A DNA stretch of 51,376 bases, taken from contig CAMWPJ010000001.1 of NCBI GenBank assembly GCA_947176035.1, positions 1-51,376 on the forward strand, in the 5' to 3' direction. Positions 47,512-51,376 of this stretch are shown here, one piece after another. This stretch comes from an uncultured Clostridia bacterium. Its GTDB lineage: Bacteria; Bacillota; Clostridia; Oscillospirales; Acutalibacteraceae. The translations under genes were made by a program, and so were the position numbers. The stretch's first letter is position 1. The number at the start of each line of letters is the position of its first letter. The notes beneath the pieces are model-generated. The model worked only from the letters and a program-made list of their open reading frames with translations. It was not told where the DNA came from and did not search any database.

Positions 47512-47518
47512 AGCCGTT

Positions 47519-47875
47519 TTAAACATCCCCCTTATCCTTAACTATTTTCATTTTCCAATCAGGACAAAGTGTATTCAGAGTGTTTTCAAGGAAATCTCTT
47601 TCCACTCGTAAAATCTCATAATCTGTAACTTTACGTTTTAATTTACGTATTACCTCGTCTTTTTCGGTTTCAGCAATTACAACTGCCGAACAATGTTTTT
47701 TATGTGGACAGCTAAGCTGTAACTCCACTGTGTCAACATCCCAAGTGTGAGGATCAGTTCCGCAGTAGCCGTAAAGAGCGCATTGGGAACAATCTCCTTC
47801 AGGTGGAATATTGTTAATACATTGTTCTTTAATAACTCGTAAAGCCTTTTTAACTTCGTTATTATAGTTTTTCAT
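47519..47875 (-). CDS. Cys-containing hypothetical protein
   Basis: IKEQC...CSQCALYGYC...P..W; RBS AGGAGG. Confidence 0.62.
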   Translation of the reverse strand: MKNYNNEVKKALRVIKEQCINNIPPEGDCSQCALYGYCGTDPHTWDVDTVELQLSCPHKKHCSAVVIAETEKDEVIRKLKRKVTDYEILRVERDFLENTLNTLCPDWKMKIVKDKGDV

Positions 47876-47891
47876 ATGTACCTCCTATTTT

Positions 47892-48030
47892 TTATTATCA
47901 GCCCTTATAACAGTAGCAGGGTAGCCATCGCAAAAATATTAAGGGTAGTTATGTCTGATGGCATTTGCAGAACTTATAAGAAAGGATGAAAACCGTATCC
48001 CTGCTACCCTTATAAGAGCTGATTTAATAA
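47892..48030 (-). ncRNA. Candidate structured intergenic RNA (long stem, pyrimidine-rich loop)
   Basis: ~30-bp imperfect inverted repeat 47892-47923 / 47996-48030; G-U pairs favour the minus strand. Confidence 0.5.
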
Positions 48031-48035
48031 TTGCT

Positions 48036-48290
48036 TTAGCTTGCTTTTTCCGCCTTTATTGCTTTTAAGTATTCATCACACTCTTTTCTGTCAAGCATAT
48101 ACTTTTCGCAAAAATAGATTTTTTGTATCTTGCCACGTGGTGGCTTAGCAAAGTTGTGATCTGTACCCGGTACTTTCTTTTTGGTGATTTCATTGCTCAG
48201 TTTAGCCATTACTTTATAGGCAGTTGATTCACCGATATCAAGCAACAGCATTACATCTTTTGCGGTATACCACATACTCGACATATTCAT
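48036..48290 (-). CDS. Excisionase-like protein (ICEBs1 Xis type)
   Basis: YTAKDVM.LL.I..STAYKVM..L..E......GKI...YF.EKY. Confidence 0.75.
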   Translation of the reverse strand: MNMSSMWYTAKDVMLLLDIGESTAYKVMAKLSNEITKKKVPGTDHNFAKPPRGKIQKIYFCEKYMLDRKECDEYLKAIKAEKAS

Positions 48291-48727
48291 CCCTCCTTGT
48301 CCGCAAAATTGATTGAAAGAATGGCACCTGCAAGCTCTGTTATTTCCCTGCAGCATTTTTCCCAATCAGTTTTTTCATAGTCATTTACTTTGCCGTCTGA
48401 TGCGATTTTTATAATTTGGCTGATAGTGCCGTTTACATCATTCAATCTACTTACCATTGTTAATGTTGCACCCTCGAATGATGTTGGCTGTAAGTCAGGT
48501 AAAAACTCTCCTAAAGGCGATTTTTTTATATGTAAGTATGCAAGATACTTATCGTTATAAAGTTCGCACATTTTCCTTACAGTATCATCAGGAACACGCG
48601 CACCATCAAGCGACTCATACTTATCAAGAGTGCGAGTATCAATATGTAACTCCTCTGCAACAGGGTCACGCCTTAATCCTGCCTTTAATCGTGCATTTTT
48701 GTAGATATTACTGCTCGTTTTGTTCAT
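48287..48727 (-). CDS. XRE-family regulator with helical (CII-like) C-terminus
   Basis: NIYK.AR..AGL.R..VAE.L.I..RTL..YE; IASDG.V...E. Confidence 0.75.
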   Translation of the reverse strand: MNKTSSNIYKNARLKAGLRRDPVAEELHIDTRTLDKYESLDGARVPDDTVRKMCELYNDKYLAYLHIKKSPLGEFLPDLQPTSFEGATLTMVSRLNDVNGTISQIIKIASDGKVNDYEKTDWEKCCREITELAGAILSINFADKEG

Positions 48728-48764
48728 TTTAATCACCTCGCATTTACGATATAATGTAATTAAG

Positions 48765-48962
48765 TTAATTACTATCTCTGAAATCTTCCACTCTGCAGCC
48801 GAGTTTGTCTGCAATACGGAAAGCCACAGGTAATGATGGAACTTTAATATCTCCCTCAATCTGAGAAATCATCTGAAAAGAAACGCAGGCAGCCTCTCCA
48901 AGTTCAGTCTGTGTGAAACCAAGTTTTTCTCTGCGTTTTTTTATGTTTGCTCCAATACTCAT
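48765..48962 (-). CDS. Cro-like XRE HTH regulator
   Basis: IGANIKKRREKLGFTQTELG...SFQMISQIE...PSL. Confidence 0.85.
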   Translation of the reverse strand: MSIGANIKKRREKLGFTQTELGEAACVSFQMISQIEGDIKVPSLPVAFRIADKLGCRVEDFRDSN

Positions 48963-48975
48963 TTGTTGCACCTCC

Positions 48976-49203
48976 TTACTCAATTTCGTTCAGTTCATCA
49001 AGCGCATCTTCGATACTGCCAATGGCATTTTCAAGATTATCAATATAATCCTGCATTTGCGTTGCTCTATCGCTTTCCTGCAAATTTTCAGGCATATTGT
49101 CAAGAGCGGATTCTTCATCATCTTTGACGTTTTCGATGTCGCTCATAAGACTTTCCAAAACATCTTTGATTTTACTGATTTCTTTTCGCCTTTCAGCATT
49201 CAT
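48976..49203 (-). CDS. Acidic coiled-coil conserved phage protein, first long ORF of the early operon
   Basis: MN.ERRK, DEE...DNMPENLQ.S.R..QM; RBS AGGAGG. Confidence 0.75.
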   Translation of the reverse strand: MNAERRKEISKIKDVLESLMSDIENVKDDEESALDNMPENLQESDRATQMQDYIDNLENAIGSIEDALDELNEIE

Positions 49204-49231
49204 ATATTGGTCCTCCTAAAATATTTAATTA

Positions 49232-49260
49232 TTGATTACTATTTAAAACTGTGATATACT
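49232..49260 (+). promoter_or_regulatory. Rightward sigmaA promoter (towards the repressor, antisense to the early leader)
   Basis: TTGATT-17 bp-TATACT with TGn extended -10. Confidence 0.72.
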
Positions 49261-49395
49261 TAAACTAAGTTGAAAGACAGTTTTAAATGTAAGCAGTCTG
49301 CGGTAGGGGTATTGCAAACTGCTTACTTGTTAAAAAACTGAAAAAGGACAAGCGGGTCAGACGCTTAATTTAGGTGTATTTTATGAATTTTCGTA

Positions 49396-49476
49396 TTATC
49401 GCTTATTAACTTTTTTCAAGATAAGTAATGCTATACAACACACACTTGAAATCATTAATAACAGATTGGTATTCAT
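49396..49476 (-). CDS. 26-aa hydrophobic peptide, type I toxin-like (not in ORF track)
   Basis: MNTNLLLMISSVCCIALLILKKVNKR*; RBS GAAAGGG 8 nt upstream; first ORF after the leftward promoter. Confidence 0.55.
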   Translation of the reverse strand: MNTNLLLMISSVCCIALLILKKVNKR

Positions 49477-49510
49477 AAAAATAACCCTTTCAATTTCTCA
49501 ACTTGGTTTA

Positions 49511-49539
49511 ATTATACTCTAACTATTGTAAGATTTCAA
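49511..49539 (-). promoter_or_regulatory. Leftward early lytic promoter
   Basis: TTGAAA(49539-49534)-17 bp-TATAAT(49516-49511). Confidence 0.8.
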
Positions 49540-49607
49540 TACAATTATCTTTATTTTCAAAGATTTGTAAAAACTGCACAAATGCAGTCATCTATCTTTT
49601 GTTAGAT
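49517..49607. promoter_or_regulatory. Three putative repressor operators, ATCT-N10-AGAT
   Basis: 49517-49534 (CTCT..AGAT, in the promoter spacer), 49547-49564, 49590-49607. Confidence 0.62.
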
Positions 49608-49632
49608 TTATATATTTTTTGGGGGTGTTTTT

Positions 49633-50088
49633 ATCTTTTGGGATAGATTCTACTCATTGTGTATAGAAAGTGGAACTAAACCTAATCCTGTGGCAAAAGC
49701 AATCGGACTTTCTACTGCTATTTGCACTCGCTGGAAAAACGGCACAATACCAAATGCGGATGTGTTATTAAAACTTTCAGATTACTTTGATGTATCTGTT
49801 GATTACTTATTAGGAAAAACAGACAAAAAAAATAAGGCTACCCCAGAGGAGCAGCCTTTAACTGATGAACAAGCAGCATTATTGAATTATTGTTCTGATT
49901 TATCTAATGATGATTTAGAAAAAGTTATTGATTATATTGAACTTTTGAAACTAAAAAATAATGCTACACAGAAAGCAAACATTAAATTAGTTGCACGTTC
50001 AGGTGAGCAAAAAGAAATAGAAACAAGTCAAGAAGATATCGACTGGATTGCATCTTCTTTGAATGAAGATACTACAAGTGATTATTAA
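49633..50088 (+). CDS. CI/ImmR-like XRE repressor; probable start at ATC 49633
   Basis: HTH PNPVAKAIGLSTAICTRWKNG..P...L.KLSDYFDVSVDYLLG; in-frame FWDRFYSLC upstream of the called TTG; GGGGGTG RBS; divergent from cro. Confidence 0.88.
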   Translation: MFWDRFYSLCIESGTKPNPVAKAIGLSTAICTRWKNGTIPNADVLLKLSDYFDVSVDYLLGKTDKKNKATPEEQPLTDEQAALLNYCSDLSNDDLEKVIDYIELLKLKNNATQKANIKLVARSGEQKEIETSQEDIDWIASSLNEDTTSDY

Positions 50089-50728
50089 TGTAATTTGAAA
50101 ATTGTTCCTTTACTTGTTTTTCAAGATTACTTATGTAATAGCAGCCATAATCCCTTTCAAAAAGAAATTGCTTGTTTCTTTTTTCTAACAATAACAGACG
50201 TTGGCATCTGAATTCTGCAGCCTGTTGACTGATACAACAGTGTTCGGCAATCTCTTCTGCAGTAAACAGTTTTAATTCGTGTAACACACAAGCTGGTGCC
50301 AATAGTCTGGCAGCAAACATATTAGCCTCTGTTTCTATAGGATTATCATTTATGCTTGGTTCTGTATTTCTCGTTGTTATGTATGACTCGGCTGTCGGCT
50401 GAAATTCGTGCTTACATATTATATGTCCGAGTTCATGGGCTAATGTAAACCGAATTCTCTCATTGCTTTTTGAAGAATCATAGAAAACCTTGTATTGATT
50501 AGACATTAACAATGTAAAACCGTCACTTGTTTTTGTTATTTTGTCAAGACCAAGCTTTTTTATTGTGTCTTCATTATCCTGATATGTATATAAACCTATT
50601 CCTAAATTGCGTATAATGCTTGATACTTTGACCGGCAATTCATTTATATTCATATCAATAATTAATTGCCAAGCAGCGTCACGAGCCTTTTTATAACTTG
50701 TGTACTTATTAATTGATTTATTTTGCAT
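50072..50728 (-). CDS. ImmA/IrrE-family metallopeptidase (anti-repressor)
   Basis: LPV, DGF, RIRFTLAHELGH, E.EAN.FAARLLAP, IA..C.IS..AA..R. Confidence 0.93.
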   Translation of the reverse strand: MQNKSINKYTSYKKARDAAWQLIIDMNINELPVKVSSIIRNLGIGLYTYQDNEDTIKKLGLDKITKTSDGFTLLMSNQYKVFYDSSKSNERIRFTLAHELGHIICKHEFQPTAESYITTRNTEPSINDNPIETEANMFAARLLAPACVLHELKLFTAEEIAEHCCISQQAAEFRCQRLLLLEKRNKQFLFERDYGCYYISNLEKQVKEQFSNYINNHL

Positions 50729-50807
50729 TCTTATTACCTCCTATATAATTTTAACTTTGATTACAGAAATTTCATATAGGAAATTATTGGTAATAATCCA
50801 CATTGTA

Positions 50808-50942
50808 TTATTTTACTTGACAAATGTTTTCATTCTGATTTTTTAGTTCGGATACAAAATCTGTCACTTTCTTTAAATCTTTATCTGACAAATCGCAAAT
50901 ACTTCCTTTTAATATATCGAATAGCAGTTCTCTTTCTTTCAT
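50808..50942 (-). CDS. 44-aa peptide resembling the repressor C-terminal domain (SinI-like); not in ORF track
   Basis: RBS AGGAG; MKERELLFDILKGSICDLSDKDLKKVTDFVSELKNQNENICQVK*. Confidence 0.72.
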   Translation of the reverse strand: MKERELLFDILKGSICDLSDKDLKKVTDFVSELKNQNENICQVK

Positions 50943-51102
50943 TGTTATGTATCTCCTATCTAAGTTTTCGACAATATATTAATTTATATGATATATCATT
51001 CAACAATAAATAAATGTTAAATTTGTTAAATAATATCATATTTGGTTATTTATAGTGCCTTCTAATAACTTAGTGTAGGAATTATGCCTAAAGTAACACA
51101 TT

Positions 51103-51120
51103 TGTCCTATAATAGGGACA
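51103..51120. promoter_or_regulatory. Imperfect palindrome, candidate operator
   Basis: TGTCC-tataatag-GGACA immediately after the small XRE gene and upstream of the peptide/ImmA genes. Confidence 0.4.
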
Positions 51121-51123
51121 ACA

Positions 51124-51336
51124 TTATTGTTTTTCGATATAAAACAATTCGCAAGGAGAAATATTTAGGGCATCTGCTATCTGACAAATGCTTAAAACAG
51201 AAGGATTCATATCCTGCTGTTCTATTCTGCTAATTGTTGATTTTGACACTCCCGAAAGTTGTTCTAAATCTCTAATGGTCAATCTTCTTTCTGTGCGAAT
51301 TTCATATAATTTATAAATTACTTTCATTAATATCAC
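51124..51336 (-). CDS. Small XRE HTH regulator
   Basis: L.EIR....LTIRDLEQLSGVSKSTISRIE....PS...I.QIADAL......LF. Confidence 0.87.
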   Translation of the reverse strand: MILMKVIYKLYEIRTERRLTIRDLEQLSGVSKSTISRIEQQDMNPSVLSICQIADALNISPCELFYIEKQ

Positions 51337-51376
51337 CCCTAATATTTTTCACTTTATAAGGTAAAATATCTGGATG

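Larger units (their letters stand above)
1..51376 (-). mobile_element. Temperate myophage/prophage, PBSX/skin-like virion module; both ends lie outside the window
   Basis: Continuous, correctly ordered lysogeny-replication-packaging-head-tail modules; no host housekeeping genes; no integrase or att site seen. Confidence 0.96.

Noticed and set aside
241-49254. Numerous + strand ORFs in the track (e.g. 9325-9777, 10481-10993, 46080-46664)
   Set aside because: Antisense shadows of well-supported minus-strand genes, with no RBS or recognisable motifs.
49383-49409. + strand 8-codon ORF MNFRIIAY with an AGGTG RBS
   Set aside because: Most simply a by-product of the fold-back that mirrors the 26-aa peptide's RBS/start; too short to support independently.
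50730-51376. LexA/SOS box controlling immA
   Set aside because: No CGAAC-N4-GTTCG-like site with correct spacing found by eye.

Overview
The whole window is the central ~51 kb of an AT-rich temperate myophage (or prophage) with PBSX/skin-type (xkd/yqb) virion genes; gene families and Shine-Dalgarno usage point to a Clostridia-type Firmicute host (inference). Nearly everything is on the minus strand. Read right to left: (1) lysogeny switch with an XRE repressor (the only convincing + strand gene), ImmA/IrrE protease, cro-like gene and excisionase; (2) recombination/replication (DUF1351, RecT, MBL-fold, HNH, DUF4373 initiator with iterons, DnaC-like loader); (3) accessory early region (PcfK/PcfJ, frameshifted beta-clamp, Dam, Mom-like GNAT, PAPS-reductase family, ASCH, many Cys-rich micro-ORFs); (4) late activator and late promoter; (5) a ParB-like + DpdA/TGT-like + QueF-like + YhhQ 7-deazaguanine cassette directly in front of the terminase; (6) head genes including a MuF-EndoU toxin with an immunity gene; (7) contractile tail, baseplate and fibres; (8) the start of a probable lysis gene at the left edge. 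No integrase, att site, endolysin, tRNA, CRISPR array or reverse transcriptase is visible. Best leads: a symmetric face-to-face promoter element enclosing a structured RNA and a sequestered 26-aa membrane peptide inside the genetic switch; an unannotated 44-aa SinI-like mimic of the repressor C-terminal domain next to ImmA; a phage beta-clamp accompanied by several modification proteins carrying QxSLF-type clamp-binding motifs; and a salvage-only deazaguanine cassette in the late operon. All family calls come from motif recognition by eye, not database searches.
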